Below, one piece after another: positions 41,991-54,345 of a stretch of 64,000 nt of DNA (within the stretch, counting starts at the first letter, position 1; every line of letters begins with the position of its first letter). Both the position numbers and the translations under genes were made by a program. The DNA comes from Callorhinchus milii (lineage: Eukaryota): contig NW_024704743.1 in NCBI RefSeq assembly GCF_018977255.1, forward strand, positions 5,954,001 to 6,018,000, read 5' to 3'. The notes under the pieces were generated by a model. The model worked only from the letters and a program-made list of their open reading frames with translations. It had not been told where the DNA came from and ran no database searches.

Positions 41991-43274
41991 CAAGACCTTT
42001 TCAGGTTCTATGCCGCTAACCTGTGGTGACGAACAGATTTTTAATCTATAAATCTAAAGTACTGCCTATGAACAAAGTTGCTTCCCAGGGTTTCTTGCAT
42101 TACTAATCAAGGAAATTGACTGAGAAATACCCCTTGGGGAAAAAAAACCTCTGTATTAAACTAATGGGTTTATTTCCTGCCACAAATTATCTTAGGAAGA
42201 GACTACCCATGCCTGTGTAGACGCTTCTTGCCACCAGATCCAATGATTGTGACACCACTTGATATGCTGCACAATAACAACCAAGGCAACGGATAGCATT
42301 TGCTCACAACCAGAAGTCCCTGGAAGTGGCAATATACTGCTTCAATTGTTACTTTTATGCAACAGAGCACATATTAGGTAATTAAATTTCTTCAATTGGG
42401 AATTGCGCCCAGACCACTGAAAAGATTTATATCTAAGAATATGCAGCTGATGTCACGCCTACTGAAGTTTCAACAGTCACAAATTTCAGGTGAATGTGAT
42501 TTTTGTTGTGGATTTTTTTAAAAAAAAACAATGAGCAAACTTTACAACTGGAAGTTTCTCAGCCATTCTGCTCAGTTTACCTGCTCCTGAGGGACGCAAT
42601 AGGAAAATAGTCAGTATTTCATACATGACAATCCAAATCTCTTTATAATATTTGCATTCAATATAGCGCTTTCACAGCATTAAGACATCTCAAAGCGCTT
42701 CACAGCATATACTGTAAAGTGAATTGACTGTATATTTTTTATAATGTAAGTGATATTGGATTCAGAGCTTTTAACTGGTCATGTATGGCACAGGAATAAG
42801 TACCATCTCCGCTTTCGGTTTAATTTCTATATCTTTGGCGGCCTGATTTCCAGAGTGCATAAATTGGGAGCAGTGGCCTAAGCATTAAGAACACCACCCC
42901 GAATTAAGCAATACTTCAGCACAAGTCACCAGCATTAGACAAGTTAAATCATGGGAAAAGTATGCAAGAAAAACACTTAGGTGAACCAGACTCCATTACA
43001 TTTATAATTTTGAATAACCATAAACTCAAGATAGAGTGAGAATTCAGATCAGTACATTTCTTAGATAAGGATGTACACAATCATTAACCTCCCCTGGGCA
43101 CCATGTATTGATCCTACTGTTTCACAATAAGATCATTTAAATATTTACACAGGCTACAGGTAGACACAGCCACAAGTCCACAATATTCCTATGGTCCCAG
43201 TTCATGTTCAGATCATTCAACTTCTGTACAGTACTTCACTCCAGAGAGGAAGAGGGTGAGTTATTCTATATATA

Positions 43275-43653
43275 AGTCCTGTAGTGTAATGGTTAGCGCA
43301 CTGACCACGCAAGTGAGAGGGCCCGACGTTCCATTCAAGGGCGGGACAAACTCTTAGGCTAGTTTCCTTACTCCACATGCCTGTTTACCTAGCAATAAGT
43401 AGGAACCTGGTTTTTAGTTGATTGGTGAATCACTTTTCCCGGAGTAATAATCCTTTCAAAGAATATTTTTTTTAAAATAATAATGTGGTCACTCAATCCA
43501 CAATTGTTTGTGGGACACTGTTGTGCGCAATTGGCTAACGCTTTTCACCCACAAAATATACAGTCACTCCACTTTACAATATATTCTGTGAAGAGCTTTG
43601 AGACGTCTCGAAGACGTGATAAGGCCCTATATCAAATGCAAGGATTATTATTA
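43275..43653 (+). mobile_element. Full-length SINE family 1
   Basis: Same head/body/tail organisation as 45560-45928. Confidence 0.92.
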
Positions 43654-44409
43654 TATGAACGACCAAGTGTAGGCCAGGCATGATGAGATGCACCAAACAA
43701 TCGATCATCTGGGTCACTCAACTATATGCAATCAGGTTTTCAGTCCAATTTTTTTTCAGCTAGGGAAGATACAGCAAAATGTTTACAAAAGTAAACTTCC
43801 CCTTTAAATGCTCATGGAATTCAATTGTGTTTTAACAACTGACTATAGATAGAGCATTTACAGAATCATGCCAGGAAAAATGTAGCATTTTTGAGGTCAG
43901 GCTAGTAATGTTTAAGCTTTAAAGTTGAGCACAAAGTACTAATCACAGAAAATATAGGTCCCATTCTAACTGACAATTACTTTCTAGATGAAAACACGAT
44001 ATAAAAATACCACAAGTCAGAAAGTTTTTGCATGAAATTAACTTATTTGCTGTTCAATACATTTTACCCTTTCACATTGCAAAGTAGCTTGGTCAACACA
44101 TTGTCTCAGTTTTTTTTATTTAAAATGAAATGTAATAAATTTGTTAATTTCAATTTAACTTATGGAAAATTCATAACCAAACATTTTTGATAATTATCCA
44201 GACAAAGTACCAGAATGTAGCCATAAACAACAATTCAGGTCCAGTTAACAGTACACATTTTTGAATTTCTTCAAAATTAAACATTAAGATTCAAATTATA
44301 TACATAATGTATTGCTACACAGTACAGAAACTTTTCATACAAATATTCAAGCTACTTACATTCAAATCATCTCTAATTGAATTTTGACACAAATGCACTT
44401 ACAAATGTT

Positions 44410-45095
44410 AGAACATGGTATCCAATTATGGTCAGCCCACATCTGAAAATATTTCATAAAGAAGGTGTAAATGAGATTTACTAGGATGATACCAGGGATG
44501 ACATAAGAAGACTGTAGGAATTGGGCCTATTTTACTGGAATCAAGAAGGTTGAGGAGGACACCCACTGGAGGTCTTTAAGGAGGCATTAGAGCCTGGCCA
44601 TTTAGAAGTGAAATCAGGAAACATTGTTTTCATCCGAAGAGTAGTGGAAGTAGTGGAAGTATCTGGAAGTCTCTCCCCCAAAAGGCTGCGGATGCTGGAT
44701 CCATTCACATTTTCAAGACTGAGGTGGATTACATATTTGTTAGCTCAGGGTATTAAGGAATATGGGGCAACGGCAGGTATCTGGACTTGAGGTACAGATC
44801 AGCTATGATCCTATAAAATGGCAGAACAAGCTTGAGGGGCTGAGTGGCCTACTCCTGTTTCTATGTTTAAACCCCCTTATAATTTTAAGAGTCGATGGGG
44901 AGACATTATTTTCACTGAGTCAGTGGCTGGAGAGCACCAATTTAAGCTTTAATTTTATTAAAGGAGCAAAAGGGGACATTAGGAGAATATTTTAACACAA
45001 AAGTTAGTGTGTGGAGGGGGTAGAGAAAAAGAGCCAACACAGACCTGATGGGCTAAATGATTTGCTTCTGTCCTGTAACCTTTTAATGGTTCTAC
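44410..45095 (+). mobile_element. CR1 LINE 3' fragments
   Basis: ggtcagcccacatctg, agatttactaggatgataccaggg, tggcagaacaagcttgaggggctgagtggcctactcctg (CR1-type 3' UTR). Confidence 0.75.
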
Positions 45096-45174
45096 ATCTA
45101 CACAAGTAATTCTATTAAGAATGGCTCAGACTAATAAACAAGAAGTCAAACAATCTGCAAGCAACTCTCATACA

Positions 45175-45374
45175 TCTCCAAAAACAATAATAAATTGGTC
45201 ATTTTAAATCTACGACTGTTTGTGGGACATTGCTGTGCGCAATTGGCTGCCGCGTTCGCCCACAAACATACAGTCAATTCACTTTACAGTGTGTTGTTCT
45301 GTGAAGCGCTTTGGGACGTCCTTCCGACGTGAAAAGCGCTATATCAAATGCAAGGATTATTATTATTATTATTA
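45175..45374 (+). mobile_element. SINE family 1, 3' half, young CpG-rich copy
   Basis: Nearly identical to the reverse complement of 8815-9015. Confidence 0.9.
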
Positions 45375-45559
45375 AGGAACCAACTCAGAGCAGCATTGGT
45401 TAAATAAGACTAAGGTAGTGTGCCACCATGAATAGAGGTGAGTGAGAGCAATTTGTTTTTAAAATCATGATTACTCAAGTCTTGAAGCTAGGACTATTTA
45501 CTTTAAACACGTTATATATAAAATAAGTGTTTTAAATTTATACATCCACAAACTGTGTA

Positions 45560-45928
45560 GAGTCCTGTAGCTTAGTGGTTGGAGCTCACGCCTCGCAAGC
45601 GAGAGGACCTGGGTCTGATTCTTGGGCAGTGTGAAGCATTGGGCAAGGTTCCTTAGTCCACATGTCTCTGTTTACCTAGCAGTAAGCAGGAACTCGGTTG
45701 TTAATCAATTAGCAGATTGCTTTTCCGGGGTTAATAATCCCTTCAAAATAAATAATAATTTGGTCACTCAAATAATTTGGACTATTTTTGGGACGCTGCT
45801 GTGTGCAATTGGCTGCCGCATTTCACCCACAAAATATATAGTCAATTCAGTTACAGTGTATTCTGTGAAGGGCTTTGAGACGTCTCAAAGACGTGATAAA
45901 GCACTAGATTAAATCCAAGGATTATTAT
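45560..45928 (+). mobile_element. Full-length tRNA-derived SINE (family 1, long form)
   Basis: Head agtcctgtagcttagtggttggagc..cgcctcgcaagcgagaggacctggg (A/B-box-like), body tgtttacctagcagtaag, gctgtgtgcaattggctgccgc, L2-like tail with (att)n. Confidence 0.92.
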
Positions 45929-47019
45929 ATTATAAATATATATATGCACACACTAAATATTATATAAATAACAAAAGTGACAAACAAAACAGAAGCAGTT
46001 ATAACACATAGTTGGGACCATATAATTCCTACCCATTTTATAACAGGGTGCAATTGTAGTCCATGCTTCCACAGTTTGACATCACCGATCACTTGACTGG
46101 TGACATCAATGCACATGCAGAGAAAGGCAGCAAACTTCCTTAGTACAAAAACAAGACCAAATTCCAGGTCATCGTGTCACCAATGCTACTTCCTGTTCAC
46201 TGCACATGCACAACAACAACTTGCATTTACATGAACGCTTGACAGTGGCAGAGTCTGACCCTGAGCCCTGGGGAGATGATTATTTAAAAATTTGCCCAAG
46301 GTTTCGCCCCGCCTAGGAATCGAACCCGGGTCCTCTTGCTCTCAATACTTCCATTCCTCTCAAATGGAAGTATTCAAACTTATTTCCAATGGAAATAAAA
46401 ATTCAAGAATTCAACAGAGCTGATATTCATATAACAGGGTCTAGTAATGCACTATTGAGCTAAAAAATTAGAAAAATCTGCACAATTTAGCCATTCAAAA
46501 ATGACAATGTTTAAGATTACAACACTGCCATGATATCACTGCTATTTTAAAAGCTTTACTCCACAAGGGTTTTTAAGATCTACACTCACAAGGGCTTTTA
46601 AGTTACACAATATAGTGCACAGCCAAATCATGAACTCCTACATTGGGAGCAGCATACAAAGCATTTTTTTCCTCAGTACATCAGTTTACACTATTGACCC
46701 TGAACTGAGTTTCACCCCCTCCCAGTATGGCTTATTGCCATGCCCGTATTCTGGAACTCTTCCAAATCCACTGCCTTCAAAAGTATCCTAAAAACAAATC
46801 TCTTTAACGGTACTTTGTCAGTAAATTAAAATCTTATTCCCACATGTTATACACGACTAGATTTCTAATGCATTTTAAAATGTTAGAAAGGCATGAAGAC
46901 TGCTTTCTCTATCTCTGGAGCATCGGAGCATTATTAATATTATTATTATGGAACATTATTATTGTTATCCCTTTTTCTATCCCAACTTCACCCGCAGCAC
47001 AACCAAACACTCACATCAT

Positions 47020-47490
47020 CCATGACCTCCAGACTTGATTTCTCAATCACCCTTCTTGCCAGCCTTCCCAGTTCCTCTTTCCCCACAAGTTCCAGCTCTT
47101 CTGAAACTTTATACCCCATATCACCTCCCGAATAAAGCTTCAAGTGCCCATTACACCATCCTTGACAGCTCCACTGGATATCTGTCCCCCAACTTGGAAG
47201 ATCCTCATACTGACTCAAATGCTCTTGCCCACTTTTCATCCACCATCTCCCACTCCCTCCACCATCGGCGGTAGAGCTTTCAGCACCTACTTTCTGAACC
47301 TCCCTCCCGGGAAAACATCTACCTTCCCTCTCCATTTTCAAATCCTTCCCATCCACCATTCTCTTTGACCTCACTTGTTCACCTTTCTCTTATTCCTTTC
47401 TATGTTGCTCAGTGGTCCACCAATCCACCAGCCCACTGAAACACTTTGATACATTGTCCAAATTGAAAGACGCTATAGACATTCATGTTG
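47020..47490 (+). mobile_element. Diverged L2 3' fragment
   Basis: cccattacaccatccttgacagctccactgg, accatcggcggtagagctttcagc, tail tgaaagacgctatag. Confidence 0.65.
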
Positions 47491-47759
47491 TATATAAAAT
47501 TAATGTTGTTAATTTGGTTCATAGATATTACCACTTCTGGATTCAACTACTTTTTCTCACCTTTTCTTTCAACCATGACATTAGCGTTGCCAAGGTTTTT
47601 CAGAAAATATATGCTGTTCCTTTCCACAAAGGTCAACAACTGGTTACCATCAAGTTATTAGCAAGTAAGCTAATCATTTTCTTATGATTAAACCTAATTT
47701 TCATACAAATGGAGCCTCATTAGCAACCTAAAGTAATCGTCTCACTAAATTCACAATTA

Positions 47760-48158
<399 letters not shown>

Positions 48159-48527
48159 CTACTAAAAAGAAAACTTACTCGTACCTATAAATATAATCAA
48201 CAGATGCTTTAACTATAAATAAATTCTATTTAACAATAGATCACTTAAACACTACCACTCTGAAGGCAGATGTCCTCCAGATACCTAATGAGTAAACTCA
48301 GGCTTGGGGCAGCAGCTGCTGAAACACAACCCAACACAATTACTTGGAGTCCAAGTTCATGAACACAGGAAGCGAGCATGCACAACAGAACCGGGGATCG
48401 CAGCTTCATTATAACACAGCTTGAGACTTCTTGGACTCAACTATCACATTATAACGGGGCGATACTATAGCTTCTAGAAAGCATTCAAAAACCATGAAAT
48501 ACAAGCAAAAATTGGTACCTTCACTCA

Positions 48528-48900
48528 CTCTACTGACTCCCATCCCTCAGCGGATGGACTTCAAAATCCTCATCCCCAAGGCCTTCCGTAGCCGTGCCCC
48601 TCCTACTTCCATGACTTGCTAACCCCTTATCAACCTGTCCGCTCAGCAGGTTCCGGCCTGCTCCACGTCCCCTGACCGCCTTCGGTAATTGGGCCTTCAG
48701 CCCCTCTTTGGAACTCCATTCCACATTCCCTTCTCCTCACTTCCTCAAGGCACAGCTCAAGACCCTCCTTTTCAACCGTTCTTTCGGCTACCCTCCTACC
48801 CTCCCCCCCCCCAGCTCAGGTCCAAATCTCTGACTATCCAGCACCTTGGGACGTCTTCCCGATGTGAAAGGCACTATACAAATGTAATTTTGTATTGTAT
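48528..48900 (+). mobile_element. L2 3' fragment
   Basis: cttcaaaatcctcatcc..ggaactccattcc..gcaccttgggacgtcttcccgatgtgaaaggcactatacaaatg, same motifs as other L2 copies. Confidence 0.8.
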
Positions 48901-49744
48901 TTTTGTGTTATACAGGTCAAAGGAACTAAAGTAAAGAGGGATGTGTTAAGGCAAGAGTTCAGTGTGGAATAAACAAGCAACACAATAGATTTCAATAAAT
49001 AATTATTGAAATGGTGTGTAGGGAGATTTTGCAGATAGACAAAAAAAAACTTGGAACAGAAAAGCTATTTTGCACGAGCAAGTGGAAACATAGCTGTTGG
49101 AGCAAAACATGAAAATAACCAAGTAAGTTCAATTAGATTTGAGGGGGAGGGAGAGCATACTTGGTGATTGTGGCAGAGACAGAGGGCATTGCTCAGGGAA
49201 CAGGAATACAAAAATACATATTAAATTGCTTTTGTACCAATCCAAAAAAATATTTTGAAATCAGAGGTGAAGACTGCGAGTGGAAAGATCCACCGGGTCA
49301 ATTCAACATGCCATTCACCATTTATCAAGCCAACTATGCTGCAGACGTATTCTCAATGCATGAAAGCAAACAACACAGAACGGGACCATTCAGTACATTT
49401 TTTGTTTTGGTAAATACATGAAATTGGAATTTCAATATGGCTGCACGTTCATGAGATACCAGCTTTATATGTCTGCTTGGCTCAGTTAGTAGAACTCCTG
49501 CCTCCAAGTCAGGAGGTTGTGGTTTCAAGCTCAAAGTCACAACTTTGAACTTGTAATCTAGGCTTACATTCCAGTGCAGTGGATTGTTGGATGCACTTTG
49601 AAATGTCCCTCTGACACAATAAGCTACTTAAATAATCATTTCATTTTTGCACCCTTATATTTGACATGTCAAATGAAAGAATTATTTACTAAACAAAAAT
49701 CGTAAACAGCCAGCAAACCGCTAACTGGAAATGAAATGTTACGT

Positions 49745-49991
49745 CTCACCCTGACCATTTCCCCCCTCCTCGCTCCCTCCCTTCCCTCCCCTCACCCTGA
49801 CCATTTCCCCCCTCCTCGCTCCCTCCCTTCCCTCCCCTCACCCTGACCATTTCCCCCCTCCTCGCTCCCTCCCTTCCCTCCCCTCACCCTGACCATTTCC
49901 CCCCTGCTCGGGTCATGACCCAACTGTGCAGCGCCTTGGGACGTCCTCCTGACGTGAAAGGCGCTTTATAAATGGAATCTTGTTGTTGTTG
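49745..49991 (+). mobile_element. Young L2 3' end containing a 46-bp tandem repeat (about 3.5 units)
   Basis: Unit ctcaccctgaccatttcccccctcctcgctccctcccttccctccc starts at 49745, 49791, 49837, 49883; followed by L2 tail nearly identical to the reverse complement of 51832-51940. Confidence 0.92.
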
Positions 49992-51831
49992 TACGTTGGT
50001 AAATCAAGTGTCACAGGGCCAGCGAGCAACCACCTACATTCAAAGTCGTGACGTAGGGCTTGAACCCACAACCTTCTAACATGGAGGAGTCTACTTACAG
50101 CATACTTCATATTAAGAAATTCTAAATGTATGGATTTAAATTAACCCAATTATTGGTATTGCAGAAATACCAGTCAGAATTATGCAAGGATGGCACTCAA
50201 AAGATATGGAATGGTATATATGGGTAGACACCGTCCTTTTAAGTTTAAATTATTAATAGCCAACTAATTCCTTAAAAAAGGTCACTCAATCCACGACTAT
50301 GTAGGACACTGCTGTGCGCAATTGGTTGCCGGGTTTCGCCCACAAAATAGTCAATTCACTTTACAGTATATTCTGTAAAGTGCTTTGAGACATCTCCAAG
50401 ACGTGATCAGGCGCTATAATCAAATGCAAGGATGATCAGTATTAAAAGGAGAACATCAGCAAAAGCCATACAATTAATAATACGTTGTATTTATACAGAG
50501 TCCTTCATGCAGGGGAGCACATTATAGCTCTTAAAGACATAGTTTGACAGTCGTAGGGACAGTCAAAGAGGAAAGTCTACAGGTACAATGTGAAGACAGG
50601 CAAAGGAGGACAAGGCAAAGCCATTGAGGCAAGGAGTTCCAGAGGTCTAGAGACGTTGTGGTTGAAAGTACGCTGCAATGGTTTATGCCGATAATTAAAA
50701 TTATTAAGGGGAATAAAATGATCAACCTAAAATGAATAGATATTCAGCAAATATGAGAGGATGCAAGTAACTATTGCTAATCATGGCTATCTCAATATCC
50801 AAAGCAAAGTACACAGAGAAGCAGAAATCAAAAGGGAGAGTTAAACAATCTCAGAGGTGCTCAGTGACAAGTGATAACACATAAAGCAGGGCAGATTTTT
50901 ATCAGATTTAGCATTTGGCAGTCCATCAGAACTTTTTTGGTAGCTGGATGTAGGTGAACACTTGTACTTTAATGATCCCTATACAATTTGATTTAACACT
51001 GTAAATAAGACCAAAACCAAAAATAACCATAGGGCTAGAGAAGAACTTTAGAGAAACGCTGTATCTATTAAAAAGCCACTGGGGGTGAACGTTGGGGGCA
51101 GGTAAAACGAAAAACAGATCTAATGGTAAAGTACAAATAAAATGTTAGATCAGGAAAAGTACACCACTAAATGAATGCTTCACATCAGTCTTCACAAAAT
51201 AAAGACTGTAGGCAAATTCTGAATCCAGTTATTTCAGCAGAGGATTCTACAAAAGATTTGAAGGTCAATAATGCATCAATTATGAAGAAACACATGATTA
51301 ATTATATAAAGGGCGCTTGAATCAACTGATATGCAGTCCTAAAAAAATGAAAACTTGCATTCATATAGCACCTTCACACAGGGTAGGGGAGGAGAGAAAT
51401 CAGCACGGCATTGGGCAATTTATTTCCACTAATTCAGGAGTTGTACCCAAGGCAAATCCATGGCAATATTCAATATTCCTAATCCTAACCCTAATATCCA
51501 AGACAGTGAATGATAAACCCATATACTAATGCAATCTTAATTTTTATAATTGGCTGCTGCGCTTCACCAACAAAATTCATAGTCAATCTACTTTACGGTA
51601 TATCATGTTTAAAGCATTGACACATCCCAACAAAATAAGGCAAGGAATATAAGGAAATGCTCATTCACAAAAAAATCATTTTACAGGACATTACCAATGT
51701 TTATCTGAAGAGTGTAGCGGATTAATCAGCAGGGATTTGAAAGCCAAAGGTTGTGTTTCACAATCTCGTGGAGTTCTTCAAAATCACTAGATTTGTTGAC
51801 AAGTATAACTAAATTTGCATATGCAATTAAT

Positions 51832-53712
51832 ACAACAACAACAAGATTCCATGTATAACGCGCCTTTCACGTCAGGAGGACGTCCCAAGGCGCTGCACAG
51901 TTGGGTCATGACCCGAGCAGGGGGGAAATGGTCAGGGTGAGGGGAGGGAAGGGAGGGAGCGAGGAGGGGGGAAATGGTCAGGGTGATTGGGGCAGGGGAC
52001 GTGGAGCAGACCGGAGCCAGAGGAACGGAGGGTACGGGCAGGTAGGGGGATAGTAGGTCGGAGAGGTAGGAGGGAGCAAGGCCGTGAATGGCCTTGTAGG
52101 TGAGGATGATCTTGAAATCAATCCTCTGGGGGATGAGGAGCCAGTGGAGGCGAGCGAGGGTGGGAGTGATGTGGTCCCGAAGCCTGGTGCGGGACAGTAC
52201 ACGAGCTGCAGAGTTCTGAATGACCTGCAGCTTGTGGAGGGAGGTGGCGGGAAGGCCGGCGAGGAGAGAGTTCCCATAGTCCAGCCTTGAGGTGACAAAG
52301 GCGTGGACCAGGGTTTCAGCCGCGTGAGGGGTGAGGTAATGCCGTAGTCTGGCGATGTTCCGGAGGTGATGGAAGGCGGTGCCAGTTGTGGTGCGGATGT
52401 GAGGGAGAAAGGACAGCTCAGGGTCGAACAAAACGCCGAGGTTCCTGACTGGCTTTGAGAGGTGGAGAGTGCAGCCTTGGACGCTGATGGTGTCGGCACC
52501 TGAGGTGCGGAGGCGCTGACGTGAGCCAATCAATGCCTTGAAGGTTGAGGTGGGAGGACAAGCGGATAGCGTGGTCGACCGTATCGAATGCTGCCGATAG
52601 GTCGAGGAGGACGAGGAGGCAGAGGGAGCCCTGGTCACAGATGGTCAGGATATCATTGGTGACCTTGACCAGGGCAGTTTCTGTGCTATGGGCAGCACGG
52701 AAACCTGACTGAAGGGGTTCGAAAAGTGAATGGGTGGAAAGGAAAGAGCGCAGTTGGGAGGCGACAACTCTTTCCAGGACCTTGGAGAGAAAGGGGAGGT
52801 TGGAGATGGGCCGGTAGCTTGATAGCTGCGACGCATCAAGGGAGGGTTTTTTCAGGGTGGGCGTGATGGTGGCAGTTTTTAAGGGAATGGGGACAGAGCC
52901 AGAGGAGAGGGACAGGTTGACAATGTCGGTGATATGTGGGGCAAGAAAGTGGAGCTGGGAGATAAGGAGTGGAGTGGGGATGGGGTCAAGGGAGCAGGTG
53001 GTTGGTTTCAGGGATAGGATGAGTTTGGTGACAGAGGGTGGGGAAACGGGTAGGAAACTGTAGGGGAGGATGGGTAGCAGTCGGAGTGTGGGAGTGAGGG
53101 GGTGGGGGGTTGGTGGATGTTGGAGGGGAAGTGACCGCGGAGCGGATTCCCTTGATCTTGGATTCAAGGAAATCCAGCATCTCCTCGCAGTGAAGGTTGG
53201 AGGAGATGACCTGCGCGGGGTGGCGGGGGGGACGGAGGAGTCGGGTTGTGGTGGAAAACAGTAGCCTGGGGTTGTTCTTCGCCTCCAGGATTATCCTGGA
53301 GTAGAAGGACGACTTGGCCGAGGCTAGAGTGGAGCGGTAAATTTTGAGGAGGTCCAGCCAGATTTGTCGGTGGACCGTTAGGCCAGATTTGACACAGGTG
53401 CGTTCAGCGGCCCGCACCTGGCTTTTCAGTGAGCGGAGGTGGGTGGTGTACCAGGGGGAGGAGCGGGAGTAGGAGACAGTGCGGGAAGTGATGGGGGCAA
53501 GAGTATCGAGTGTGGAGGAGAGGGTATTGTGGAGGAGGGAGAGAGGAGAAGAGGGGTCGGTGAGGGTTGAAGGCCAGAGGGAGAGGAGTTCAGAGGACTC
53601 CAAGGCATCGGTTAGGGATTGTGGGGGTAACTTCTTCCAAGGGCGGTAGAAGATGGTGGTGGGTCTGGTGGAGGTGGGGAGGGGGGTGGAGGTGGTGAAG
53701 GAGATGAAGTTC
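51832..53712 (-). mobile_element. L2-clade LINE, 5'-truncated, frameshifted and internally deleted ORF2
   Basis: Three overlapping ORFs with SPWYT, TTCSLDPIPT, YRPISNLPFLSKVLE, QSGFR..HSTETAL, LLDLSAAFDTVDH, VRNLGVLFD, HAFVTSRLDYGNSLL, DHITPTLARLHWL; (TTG)n tail; PQG and YADD RT motifs absent. Confidence 0.95.
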
Positions 53713-54109
53713 CACACTGACATTATAATGTCAATGTGGAATATAATTTGACATTATAAAGATGATTACAATAATAATAATAATAGGAAACAAAGTCAAG
53801 GGGATAGTACTGTGTCAAAGTATTCATGGTTAGTAAACATTGTACTAGCCTTTAACAAAGCATGGTCAAGTTTCACTAGACTGGGATTTTACATAGTCTT
53901 CATCTGCCTAACAACTCTGCAAAAATAACTCACACAAGCGATGTGCTTCCCAGAACAGCTTCCAACAGGAATGACTATTTCTGATTAGCCTGGGAGCTAA
54001 TACAAGAACTGTTTTATGATGAATACCCAAATTTATTATATTTTTACTTAGTTATAAAGGTTGACAAATGCTGGCACTTTTTTGGCTGCATATCAATTTG
54101 AAATACAAT

Positions 54110-54345
54110 AATTCTAATCAAAATCTAGCTTTCCCTTGAATACATCTATTTGCCTCAACAACTCTTGTGGTGGCATGTTCCACATTCCAACTATTCTCTG
54201 TGTGAAGAAATTCCTTCTAACTTCCCTATTTGATCTATTTGTGACTATTTTATATTGATGGTCTCTGGTTTTGGTCTCCCACACAAGTGGAAACATCTTC
54301 CCTATCAAAAGCTTTCATAATTTTAAAGACATCTATCAGGTCACC
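54110..54345 (-). mobile_element. CR1 LINE ORF2 C-terminal fragment (other CR1 pieces about 30583-30880 -, 55750-55910 +, 60870-61245 -, 62090-62310 +)
   Basis: KTRDHQYKIVTNRSNREVRRNFFTQRIVGMWN..FKGKLD is the CR1 TRGH/FFSQRVV-WN-L motif. Confidence 0.8.

Noticed and set aside
49745..49905. CRISPR-like array
   Set aside because: Contiguous tandem units with no unique spacers, part of an L2 3' UTR in a vertebrate intron
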